This document shows, piece by piece, positions 17,997-27,480 of a stretch of 64,000 nucleotides of DNA (positions are counted from its first letter, which is position 1; every line of letters begins with the position of its first letter). The position numbers and the translations under genes are program-made. Origin of the DNA: a virus. Below the pieces are notes generated by a model. It made no database searches and was not told the origin of the DNA. It saw nothing but the letters and a program-made list of their open reading frames with translations. The DNA is taken from IMG/VR virus record IMGVR_UViG_3300045988_175722, positions 40,206-104,205 of that record. One strand, given 5' to 3'.

Positions 17997-20900
17997 ATGG
18001 CAAAGAATAAAACAGAGGCTATCATCACGCTCAATGGCCAGCAACCGCTCCAGGTACTGAAGCAGTTGCAGGAGGCTGCAGCGGGTATATCCGAGCAGAT
18101 AGATGCGGCTCAGGCGAAGCTGAAAAACCTGAAGCCGAACACTGATCCATATAAAACGCTCGATGCCACCATCAAGGATTTGAAGAAGCAGTATGATTTG
18201 CTGGCTTCTGCACAGATTAAGGATATAGCTGCCAATGAACGTTTGCAGAGTGTAGTGGACCAGCTTAGTAATACTTCTCTCCGCAATCTGCGCCGTGCAT
18301 TGGGCGATGGCAAGCGTCAGCTCGAAGGTTTGTCGGAGGCAGAGCTGGAGCAGGCTAATTCCATCCGTGCGATGATGAAGGAAGTAGGCGATGAGATACG
18401 TCTGCTCGAAGGTAAGTATGTGAAGATTAAAGAAGGATTGAAGGATGTTGATGAGCAATCCGACCAATGGCTCAGTAAGGCTCTTACTCAGCAGAGAGAA
18501 CTCGTTTCCTCTTTAAAAAAAACCGATGCCAGCTATCAGTCTAATCTTGACACATTGAAACAACTGGAGGCGGAGGAGGATAGGCGCAAAGGCAAGATGA
18601 GTGTTTGGGAGGCTACTGGCATCGTTAACAGAAAGCACGCATCTGCATCTGATTTGCGCAGGGCAAAGACAACCCTCACGGAAGCTAGGGATAATACTGA
18701 TTTATCTGATGAGAATAAGATTAATTCTTATAACGAAAGCCTTGCTACCATCGAAAAGCGTCTGGAGGCGGTTTCCGGTAAAGCTCAGAAGGCTTCTATG
18801 GATTCTATTACGCTCTTAAAAATTCTGAGTAACCCTAACGGACATCCTGCAGAAGATATTAAGGCGGCAATGGATGCTATTCAAAAGCAGATTCAAAAGT
18901 TGCCTGTAGGCTCACAGGAGGTGGCAAAACTCCGTCAGCAGTATGCTATGTTGGAGAAAGCCCTGAAAGGTACCTATCTTTCGCATAGTCAGCTTAATGA
19001 TGTTATCGAGAGAGGAAGAAGGGGGAAAGCTTCTATCAATGAGTTGAAACAGGCTTACAATCAGCTTTCCGAAGAGTTGAATCAGTTAAACACCAAAAGC
19101 AAGGAGTTTAACGAGAAACAAAAAGAGCTGAAGGATTTAAAAAAGAATATCGATAATGCTACCGGGTCAATAAGCCAGCAAAGTAAATCCTGGCAGACGG
19201 CAGTGAAGAACCTTACGGCATACGTGGGTCTCTTCCAGGTCTTCAATGCTATCAAAGATACAGTTACTTCTGCTATCAAGAAAAACTTTGAATATTCTTC
19301 GTCTTTGACGGATATTCGCAAGGTGTCCGGACTCACGATGCAGGATGTCAATAAACTGTCTGAGGAATTGGCTAAGATTGATACTCGTACTTCTGTTGAT
19401 GGTTTGGCTCAACTTGCCTACCAGGGTGCAAAACTTGGTATGGGTAAGTATGGCGTGGAAGGTATGAAGCAGTTCGTAGCTGCTGCAGACCAAATCAATG
19501 TAGCAATCGGTGAGGAGATGGGAGAGGAAGCGCTGCCGGCTCTGTCTAAGATGGTGGAGACGATGGGGCTTATCCCGAAGATGGGTATTGAAAAAGCGAT
19601 GCTTGCTACGGGTTCGGCTATGTTCAAACTGTCTTCTACCTCTACATCTACATCTACTAATATCGTAGAGTTTGCCAAGCGATTAACCGGTGTGAGCCGT
19701 ACTGCAGGTATCACTACCGACCAGTTGTTGGCTCTCGGTTCTGCATCCGATTCTCTCTTCCTGATGCCGGAGGTGAGTGCCACGGCGATGTCTAAGTTCA
19801 TCGTAGCTTTGCAGAAGAATCATAACCTTATCGAGAAGGATTTGGGCATTCAGCAGGGTACTATCAAGAATATGTATGCCGCTGGCCATGCCATGGATGC
19901 CATCGTTCTTGTATTGGAGAAGATGCGTGACAAGGGCAACATGAATGCTCTTGGTGAAATCTTTAAAGACCTTGGTTCTGACGGACAAAGACTTATTACT
20001 TCTATGGTAACTATGTCTAAGAACGTGGACGTACTGAAGGATCATCTCTATGAGTCTAAGGAGGCATTCGAGGAGGCAAGCGCTGTAACCAATGAGTACA
20101 AAATGCAGCAGCAGTCTGCTGCAGGTATATTGGATAGAGCCAACAACCTTTGGGAGAAGGCATTTGTCAACCCTGATGGCGTGGAGAGTGTAAAGGCTAT
20201 GGCACAGGCTTGGTACGATATGTCGCAGATGATCTTGCAAAGTCCGGTGTTCAAGAATACGCTTCAGGCAGCCCTGTGGAGCGTGATAACTGCTTGCAAG
20301 GTATTTATAACCCTTCTTCCTCTTATCGCCAACTATTTCGCTGCTCTGGGTATTTACAAAACCGTTTCGTTTCTTTGGGAATTAGGCAAGGCTTTAAAAG
20401 CTGCAGCAGCTGCGCAAACGTTGTTTAATTCAGCAGCCAAGGTAAATCCTTATGTAGCTATTGCAAGTGCGATTCTTACCGCCGTAGGAGTGGTATGGTC
20501 TTTTGCGGAAGCGAATAGAGAAGCTGCTGCTGCGGAAGCAGAGGCAACACGTAAAGCTAATTCCTGGAAAAAAACACTTAACGAGGCGGCAGTAGAAACG
20601 AGTAACCTTAACAAGAAACTCGATAATTATAAGCGAATGATGAATGAGGCGAACCTTTCGCAAAAGGAACGCCAAGGTCTCGTATCCAGATTCAATCGGG
20701 ATTTCCGCTCTTATATTGCTAATCTCGGTATAGAGATAAAGAATGTAAAAGACCTTCGTGACCATTATTCAGAGTTGGCACAGGAAGCGCAGAGGGCAAC
20801 TTATTACCGTATGCGTGAGAAAGCCAAACAGCAGGCTTTGCCGAAATTTGATTCCGACAGAAACGCAGCTTCAAACGTTTTGATGGAAAAGGTTCGTGGT

Positions 20901-23900
20901 TTAGGTCTTGATAAGCTTGGAGTGTCTTTTCAGGATATAGACCGATGGGTCAGCAAGGGTGCAAGCGGTACCTCCGTGTTCTGGTACTTAGCTAAAAAAC
21001 TGCCGAAAAATAAATCAGGCTTGATTAGCGGTGAAAATTGGAAAGTTGATAATAAGGGTTTCGTTTACCGCCAGGGTTATGACGGCAGAAAGATTTCTCC
21101 CTCTTCCAGTGACCCGCAAATGGTATTCAAACTTCGTGATTTGCTTTCTGCGTCTCGCTGGTACACAAACGCTACGCATCGTAGAGGCAATAAAGAAAAG
21201 GAAATTGAGAAGGCTTATGCGAATTGGGTTCCAGAAGGATATACTGATTATCCGGAAGAAAGTCCTGGCACTCTTGATAATAATGCACCCGATCCTGATG
21301 CTATCGCTGCTGCGAAGCGGGAGGCACGTGAACAGAAGCAGGCGTTGCGTGACCAGCAGCGTTCCTGGCGTGATGAGCTGAAGCAGAAGCAGGACGAGGC
21401 GAGTGCTATCATGGATAACGTTCGCAACTTCTATGAGCGACAAATTAACGAGAAGCTATCCCAGGCAGTAAGCCTCGGAAGGGATGAGACAGAGCAGAAA
21501 TTCTATATAGAACCGATAAAGAGACGTATGAATGAAGCTCTTGCTCAGGTGCGCCTTGCTATCGCTGGTCAGGCTAACACCTGGGAGGAGTTCAAGAAGA
21601 CGATGGATAATGATCTTGTTGAGAAGACCGATGAGACTGGCGTGAATCTTTCTCAAAATCTCCTCGCTTCCATCCAAAAGAATAACGTCGATGCCCTGCG
21701 TGAGAAGATGGCTCAGTTGGGTAATAGTCTGAACCGCTCGATGAACTCCATCACGTCTGAAATCTTTGCCAAGGCTACCAAGAATCAGCAGAATAATATA
21801 ACGCTGGAGGCTCAACAGGCAGAAGCTCGGCGAAAGATAGCCCGAGAGCACAACTATACTGGAGCCGTGCAGCAGAGCATGTACGATGATTTCAATCAGA
21901 TGGGCTTCGCTAACCCAACCGGTTTTGAGCTAGCGGATGAGGAACGCGCAGAAAAACGCAAGGAGCATATCATCGCCATGTACGAGCAGGCAAGAAAGCA
22001 AATTGCCAACCTTTATACAGTTGATGTCAGCAGTAAAGAGGGTAGGGGATTGTTGATGCAGATGCTCTTTGGTGATGATCCTTATGCACTGGGTGCCCGT
22101 ATTCAGAATATGTTGGGCGATAATGCGGAGGACTGGCATGTGTTCTATAATAAACTCATTCAGTATTCTGATGAATATACCGAAGCTCAGAAGAAGACCT
22201 TCGACCAGGCAAAGAAGATTGCCGAGCAGATGTGGAAGGTGAACCAGCGCAATCTTGCCAATCAGGAAGCCCTTCGCAAGATGCAGCAGGAAAGTGCGCT
22301 CTTCGGCAAGCGAACTAATATGTGGTCGAACCTTGGACTGGGTAATCTCACCGCTGACCCAGAGGTGGAGCTGATGAAGATGAAGATGCAGATGGCAGAA
22401 GATTACTATGCCTTTGTATTCAAGAACTCAAAGAACAAGCAGCTCCTCGATGAAGCTGACAAGGCTCGTCAGGAGGCAGAACTCGCCTACGTCAACCAAA
22501 TGGCTACGGCGATGAGGAACCGCCTTTCTCAGATGCAGCAGCTCGTGCAGCCTATCGAAACCTTCGGTGCAGAAGTAGGCAAGGCATTTGCCGAAATGCG
22601 CAACGATGCAAAAAGCGCACAGGAGAGCATCAAGAACGCCCTGAAGTCTATGCTCGAATCGTGGGGTAACATGGCACTCAACGACGTGAATACGCAGATG
22701 TGGAAGGCTATCAATGATGCTGGCGCCAAGCGAGCCAAGAAGAAAGCACAACCTGGTATTGATGCAGCGAGAGCCAACGCTGATGCCAATGCCGTGAAGG
22801 AAGATTTCTCTCATCTCGGCACAAAGGCGAATCCGATGTATGTGCGACTGGTAGATGAGGGTGCATCTTATCTTACTCAGCAGCCGCAGTCTAGTTTCGA
22901 GAATATGAGTTCACGGCAGCAGCCTATCGGTTGGAATCCTGATGGCTCGCCTATCATGCCTGGCAAATCTCCTGTTGCGCCTGATAACACTCCCGTCGTG
23001 CCTTATGCGCCTACCGATACCAAGCAGCAGGGCACGCAAGAGCAGCAAAACGGTGCTCCTCATGCGTGGGCACATCGCAACCGAGACAATGCTAATGCGT
23101 TCTACCAGGATGCAGCCACGCAAACGGGTGCAGCCGCAGCCGATGTTATCTCGGGCGGTAGCTCTTTCAATGATGCCGCAGCCGGTATCGCTGGTTCCTC
23201 CGTTGGAGGAATGATGAACACCGAGTTCAAAACTGGCGGCAAATCCAAGGAGGATAAGGAAAAAGCCGAGCAGTTGAAGAAGGAAAAGAAGCACCAGAAG
23301 GAGCTGAGTAAAGAGGTAAAGAAGGGCAACAAGGAACGTGAAAAGGTAACTACCCAGGGTGTTAAGAACATCACAGATGTAACCGCTGCCGGAAACAAGG
23401 AGCAGAACGAGGGTACTAAGGTGACTTTGAATGCAGGTATGCAGATGACGGAAACGGCCCTTAATACCAACCTTGCAAAGACAAAGGAGAACAACCAGGA
23501 AGTAACCGAGTCAGATGCCAGCCGCACGCAGGCTGAAATGACCTTCTCTATCGCTGGTGCGATGGCGAAGTGTTTCGAGTTCCTGGGTCCTATCGCTGGT
23601 CCTATTGCAGCCGCAGGCGTAATGGCCACCCTTATGGGCTTACTCCAGTGGGCACTCAACTCTGCCTTCAGCAGTGGCAAGAAAAAGAACACATCTTCTT
23701 CCACCAATACCAAGCTCACCTCCGGCATGCTTACCTACGATAGTGGTAACGTGCAGGATTTGAAGCCTTTCGTGGCCGATAATGGCGAGGTGTATTGGGC
23801 AAAAGAGGATGATGGAAAGCAGATGCAGGGCGTGAAGATGCTTACCACTCCTACCGCCACCACCGTAAACGGGCAGCCGTCTTTGGTAGCCGAGAAGGGA

Positions 23901-24272
23901 CCGGAAATCGTCATTGGTAGAGAAACTACCCATGCCATGATGATGAATAACCCTGGTTTGCTGAAAGCCCTTGTGAATTTCGACCGTAACTACTCAGGCA
24001 GAAACTCAGCAAGAAGGGCATTTGATAATGGCAACGTGGGTGATGTTCTTGCAGCAGGCACGCAAGCAGGCAATGGTAATCTTTCGTCTGGCGCGTCAGC
24101 GACAGGCGACCTGGTTACCGCAAGCATTGCAAGCAATGCGGCGCTTCTGCAAGCCGTGAATGCGCTCATTCAGCGTTTGAACGAACCTATCAATGCCAAG
24201 ATTAATATGTATGGTCGTGACGGACTGCATGATAGCCTGAATAAGGCTAATCAGTTTATGAAGAATAAATAG
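17997..24272 (+). CDS. tail tape measure protein
   Basis: 2091 aa with extended coiled-coil-like sequence. It has a TMP core-like block (SLTDIRKVSGLT…LAQLAYQGAKLGMG…AADQINVAIGE) and hydrophobic segments. Confidence 0.85.
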   Translation: MAKNKTEAIITLNGQQPLQVLKQLQEAAAGISEQIDAAQAKLKNLKPNTDPYKTLDATIKDLKKQYDLLASAQIKDIAANERLQSVVDQLSNTSLRNLRRALGDGKRQLEGLSEAELEQANSIRAMMKEVGDEIRLLEGKYVKIKEGLKDVDEQSDQWLSKALTQQRELVSSLKKTDASYQSNLDTLKQLEAEEDRRKGKMSVWEATGIVNRKHASASDLRRAKTTLTEARDNTDLSDENKINSYNESLATIEKRLEAVSGKAQKASMDSITLLKILSNPNGHPAEDIKAAMDAIQKQIQKLPVGSQEVAKLRQQYAMLEKALKGTYLSHSQLNDVIERGRRGKASINELKQAYNQLSEELNQLNTKSKEFNEKQKELKDLKKNIDNATGSISQQSKSWQTAVKNLTAYVGLFQVFNAIKDTVTSAIKKNFEYSSSLTDIRKVSGLTMQDVNKLSEELAKIDTRTSVDGLAQLAYQGAKLGMGKYGVEGMKQFVAAADQINVAIGEEMGEEALPALSKMVETMGLIPKMGIEKAMLATGSAMFKLSSTSTSTSTNIVEFAKRLTGVSRTAGITTDQLLALGSASDSLFLMPEVSATAMSKFIVALQKNHNLIEKDLGIQQGTIKNMYAAGHAMDAIVLVLEKMRDKGNMNALGEIFKDLGSDGQRLITSMVTMSKNVDVLKDHLYESKEAFEEASAVTNEYKMQQQSAAGILDRANNLWEKAFVNPDGVESVKAMAQAWYDMSQMILQSPVFKNTLQAALWSVITACKVFITLLPLIANYFAALGIYKTVSFLWELGKALKAAAAAQTLFNSAAKVNPYVAIASAILTAVGVVWSFAEANREAAAAEAEATRKANSWKKTLNEAAVETSNLNKKLDNYKRMMNEANLSQKERQGLVSRFNRDFRSYIANLGIEIKNVKDLRDHYSELAQEAQRATYYRMREKAKQQALPKFDSDRNAASNVLMEKVRGLGLDKLGVSFQDIDRWVSKGASGTSVFWYLAKKLPKNKSGLISGENWKVDNKGFVYRQGYDGRKISPSSSDPQMVFKLRDLLSASRWYTNATHRRGNKEKEIEKAYANWVPEGYTDYPEESPGTLDNNAPDPDAIAAAKREAREQKQALRDQQRSWRDELKQKQDEASAIMDNVRNFYERQINEKLSQAVSLGRDETEQKFYIEPIKRRMNEALAQVRLAIAGQANTWEEFKKTMDNDLVEKTDETGVNLSQNLLASIQKNNVDALREKMAQLGNSLNRSMNSITSEIFAKATKNQQNNITLEAQQAEARRKIAREHNYTGAVQQSMYDDFNQMGFANPTGFELADEERAEKRKEHIIAMYEQARKQIANLYTVDVSSKEGRGLLMQMLFGDDPYALGARIQNMLGDNAEDWHVFYNKLIQYSDEYTEAQKKTFDQAKKIAEQMWKVNQRNLANQEALRKMQQESALFGKRTNMWSNLGLGNLTADPEVELMKMKMQMAEDYYAFVFKNSKNKQLLDEADKARQEAELAYVNQMATAMRNRLSQMQQLVQPIETFGAEVGKAFAEMRNDAKSAQESIKNALKSMLESWGNMALNDVNTQMWKAINDAGAKRAKKKAQPGIDAARANADANAVKEDFSHLGTKANPMYVRLVDEGASYLTQQPQSSFENMSSRQQPIGWNPDGSPIMPGKSPVAPDNTPVVPYAPTDTKQQGTQEQQNGAPHAWAHRNRDNANAFYQDAATQTGAAAADVISGGSSFNDAAAGIAGSSVGGMMNTEFKTGGKSKEDKEKAEQLKKEKKHQKELSKEVKKGNKEREKVTTQGVKNITDVTAAGNKEQNEGTKVTLNAGMQMTETALNTNLAKTKENNQEVTESDASRTQAEMTFSIAGAMAKCFEFLGPIAGPIAAAGVMATLMGLLQWALNSAFSSGKKKNTSSSTNTKLTSGMLTYDSGNVQDLKPFVADNGEVYWAKEDDGKQMQGVKMLTTPTATTVNGQPSLVAEKGPEIVIGRETTHAMMMNNPGLLKALVNFDRNYSGRNSARRAFDNGNVGDVLAAGTQAGNGNLSSGASATGDLVTASIASNAALLQAVNALIQRLNEPINAKINMYGRDGLHDSLNKANQFMKNK

Positions 24273-24377
24273 AAAATATGAAGAACGAGTAAAAAGAATA
24301 AATAGAAAACGATTTTTTGTTGATTGTTAGTTGTTAGTTTTAAGTTTTTATTAGGTTTTTATTAGGTTTTTAGTAAG

Positions 24378-24410
24378 GCTGCTCCGCTGTGAAGCGTGGC
24401 AGCTTTTTTA
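24378..24410 (+). terminator. intrinsic terminator after the tape measure gene
   Basis: GCTGCTCCGCT…AGCGTGGCAGC hairpin followed by TTTTTT. Confidence 0.6.
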
Positions 24411-24425
24411 TTTGAATTTCTTCCT

Positions 24426-24984
24426 GGTCCCATTTTGCGACCAAGGGGAGAAATTAGTGGGCTTTTGATAACTCGCTGATTTTGTGGGCTTTTTGGTCTC
24501 AAAATCATATCTTGGTCTCATTTTTCCCCGAAATTCACTACTATATATAAAATTTTCCGTGTATTTTTTCTTCTTCCCAAAAACAAAATCCCCTAACCTC
24601 AAACTAGAAGTTAGTAGCATTAACGGCTTTGCCGTAAACATCAGACAATAAGGTGGTTATGGGGATATAAGAGGATGGCAACTAGCGAGGGAAATGCAGG
24701 ATTTTCTACATATTTTCTACATATTTCAAATATATTTTTGCATTCCTGCGTACATTAGTTTATAGAAATTAATTAAAAAATGAGACCAAAAATAAGAAAA
24801 TCGCTGAAAAACAAGCAGATAGCAAAAAATCGTAGTGGGCTAGCAGGGGGACAATGGTGGGTCAGCAGGGGGACAAAATACCCCATTTTTGCAATTAATG
24901 GGCTTTAACATTTCTGCTAATAAAATTAAAATGGGACCAGAATGGGCAAAATGAGACCAGATTTCGCATCCTGGTCCCATTTTT
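24426..24984. promoter_or_regulatory. iteron-rich non-coding region, candidate replication origin
   Basis: Seven copies of AAAATGRGACC or its complement GGTCYCAWWWT at 24426, 24495, 24514, 24775, 24928, 24948 and 24973. The region is AT-rich with direct repeats and sits upstream of the primase-like gene. Confidence 0.45.
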
Positions 24985-25002
24985 GAAAAAATATCCTCTG
25001 CG

Positions 25003-25032
25003 CCCCCGTTCCCAGCGATTCCATCACTGGTT
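25003..25032 (+). repeat. gene-boundary hairpin element copy 3
   Basis: The right arm is ATCACTGG (one mismatch). It sits at the right end of the iteron region. Confidence 0.8.
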
Positions 25033-25161
25033 CACCCTCTCAAACCTATATTAAATGTTAAAAATATAACTTGTTTCAAATATTATATAGCTTACCTATA
25101 CTGTTTCCGATTTATTTTTGTATCTTTGCAGCAGTTTTAGTACAATTAATATATATAAGGT

Positions 25162-26280
25162 ATGTTTGAGGAGATATGTTCCGTCTATCGGGATGCGAAG
25201 GATGCACTCGGAAGATATGTCGATATGGAGACGGGCGAGTGCATCACGCAGATGTCTATCCGTGAGTTCTGCCTGACGGACAGATGGAAGCCGTATGTAG
25301 AGAAGCTGAGAGCCATGAGGCAACAGTATGGCAGTGCAGCTAAGAAGATGCCGGAATACGTAGATACCAAGAAGATGCTTCCTGGTGCCACGCTGAGCGG
25401 TCTCTTCGCTACCTACGAGGACAATAGTCTTACTCATCCAGGCCAGCGGGTGATGGTTTCCCGAAGAGAAAGCCACCTTCAACGGCATACAGGATGGTTG
25501 GCAATAGATATTGACCTGCAAGACAACCAAGGTATAGCCGATTTCGAGAATATCCGCAGGGTATTGGCATTTCGCCCCGAGGTAGCCCTGCTGATGCGTT
25601 CCTGTTCCGGAACGGGATTGTTCGGATTGGTTCGCTTGGCTTACCCTGACCATCACAAAGAGCAGTTCAAGGCATTACTGCAGGAGTATGCTGCCCTGGG
25701 CATTATGCTTGATGGCTCTTGTGGAAATATCGGTCGTGTGCGCTTCGCCTCATGGGATGATCCGCAGCATATATATATTAATGAACGTGCGATACCATAC
25801 ACCAGACTACCCGATAATGTGCCTACGCCGATGCCCGTGATGCAGTATGGCAACACGTTTTTCAGTGGCAGCCATCCGACAGGTGCCCGCTTTGGCGGAA
25901 ACTATTCGCATGGTGGATATAGGTGTGACACTCCCGAGATCACCTATCACAAAGCGCTGCGCCTTGTTGAGAAGATAGAGGCACAAGGCATTGATATTTG
26001 CGCAGGCAAGGATGCTAATAGTGGCTATCTGGGTTGGGTGAAATGCGGCATGTCGCTCTATCACGTGGATCGCGTGGCAGGCTATGACCTGTGGCGAAGA
26101 GTTTCCCGCTTCCGTCCTGCTGATTCCACCTGCGGCCACAACGAGATGGATTTTCGCAAGCGATGGAATCAGTTTGCTAATTACAACAAAATCTCTGAGG
26201 CAACTTTCTTCGACTACTGCAAGCGGTCGGGCATCATCCTCACCAAGGAAGACTGGAAAGAGATATACCAGAATACATAA
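25162..26280 (+). CDS. primase / replication-initiation-like protein
   Basis: 372 aa. WLAIDIDL…MRSCSGTGLFGLVRL…GRVRFASWD resembles the BT4734/VirE N-terminal primase-type domain, judged by eye. Confidence 0.5.
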   Translation: MFEEICSVYRDAKDALGRYVDMETGECITQMSIREFCLTDRWKPYVEKLRAMRQQYGSAAKKMPEYVDTKKMLPGATLSGLFATYEDNSLTHPGQRVMVSRRESHLQRHTGWLAIDIDLQDNQGIADFENIRRVLAFRPEVALLMRSCSGTGLFGLVRLAYPDHHKEQFKALLQEYAALGIMLDGSCGNIGRVRFASWDDPQHIYINERAIPYTRLPDNVPTPMPVMQYGNTFFSGSHPTGARFGGNYSHGGYRCDTPEITYHKALRLVEKIEAQGIDICAGKDANSGYLGWVKCGMSLYHVDRVAGYDLWRRVSRFRPADSTCGHNEMDFRKRWNQFANYNKISEATFFDYCKRSGIILTKEDWKEIYQNT

Positions 26281-26285
26281 AAAGC

Positions 26286-26315
26286 GCCCCGTCCCCAGCG
26301 ATTCTATCGCCGGTC
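26286..26315 (+). repeat. gene-boundary hairpin element copy 4
   Basis: The loop is TCT and the right arm is ATCGCCGG. It lies 6 nt after the stop at 26280. Confidence 0.8.
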
Positions 26316-26357
26316 CACAAGCAAAAAAGTTTTTAATACATTTAAAGATTATAGATT

Positions 26358-26644
26358 ATGGCAAAAAGAAAAGTAGAAATCCCTAAAGGGTCATGGCTTG
26401 ACCAGAAAGGTCAACGTTGGGTAAAAGTAGTGTTCGATGTAATGTCCGGATTCGGGGGGGCAAAAAGTTCCTTCGTCAAATCACAATGACGTTCCCGGCA
26501 AATCTCGATATGGCTTTAGGCAAATACTTAATAGATATGGGCGATATGGATGATTTCAGAGACAGAATAAATCATCAATACCCATCATTGGAACACCTTA
26601 AAAATCTCACCTTTATCCCTACGGGAGACAAGGTTTTGAGATAG
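26358..26644 (+). CDS. hypothetical protein, split by a frameshift at a G7 tract
   Basis: The ATG at 26358 reads MAKRKVEIPKGSW…MSGFGG up to the tract at 26454-26460. With 8 G it continues as GKKFLRQITMTF… in the frame of track ORF 26417..26644. Confidence 0.4.
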
Positions 26645-26801
26645 TAAAAGTAAATGACAGGTAGCTTCGGCTAAATTCATGGAACAGCCATTGGGCAATC
26701 ACTGAATATCCATTGAACATTCACTGAATATTCAGTGGTTGCCCCGTGATAGTTCTATTACGTGGATTTTATATATAGCATATTTTACAAAATAAAAAGA
26801 T

Positions 26802-27411
26802 ATGAAACAGAAGATTATCGCAATTATGGGTCCATCTGGAGCAGGCAAGGACACGGTGGCAAATATCCTTTCCGTCGCCCTGAACATTCCCTTGCTTTGT
26901 TCCTTCACCACCCGTCCCATGAGGGATGGCGAGGTAAATGGCAAGGAGCATTTTTTCGTGAGGGAGTGTAAGACTCCCAAGGAGGATATGCTTGCCTACA
27001 CCGAATATGGTGGCTACGAGTATTGGACGGAACTCGCCCAGGTAAAAGATACAGCCATCTATGTGATTGACGAAAGAGGATTTTCTGGGCATCTGCGAGC
27101 ATTTTCCGGATATTGAACTGATGAGCATTTATGTGGCTGCCAAGCCCGAAACGCTGAAGGCTCGCGGTATTGCTCCTGAAAGAACCAACCGTGATGAATA
27201 TCGTGTATCGCTGGATATTAACTCCTTCGATTACGTTATCAGCAATAATTCGTCACTCTATCGTTTGCTGACCACTACGCTGAATGTAAAAAAGTGCATT
27301 CAAGCTGCCAACGAAGAAACGTCGAAGTATGAAGCAGAGGTGGAAGAGAGACTGAAAAAAGGAGGATTGGTAGCAAAAAACTTAATCCGCATTCTCAGCT
27401 CCTTCCTTTAA
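26802..27411 (+). CDS. guanylate/dNMP kinase-like protein, frameshifted
   Basis: P-loop GPSGAGKDT and TTRPMRDGEVNGKEHFF are present. The frame changes near 27075-27085 (A3/T4 runs) and continues as FLGICEHFPDIELMSIYVAAKPETLKARG. Confidence 0.6.
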
Positions 27412-27480
27412 AAGAAACCATCTGTTCCGTGAAAACGAAAAGCAGATTTTTAATATATAAAATATCAAATAAGAAACAAT

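Noticed and set aside
24408-24641. A 77-aa minus-strand ORF in the region after the tape measure gene.
   Set aside because: It is built from the iteron repeats and AT-rich spacer and has no coding-like composition. The region is better explained as origin or regulatory DNA.
26084-26386. A 100-aa + strand ORF overlapping the 3' end of the primase-like gene.
   Set aside because: It is an alternative frame of 25162..26280 that runs through hairpin element copy 4. It has no independent support.
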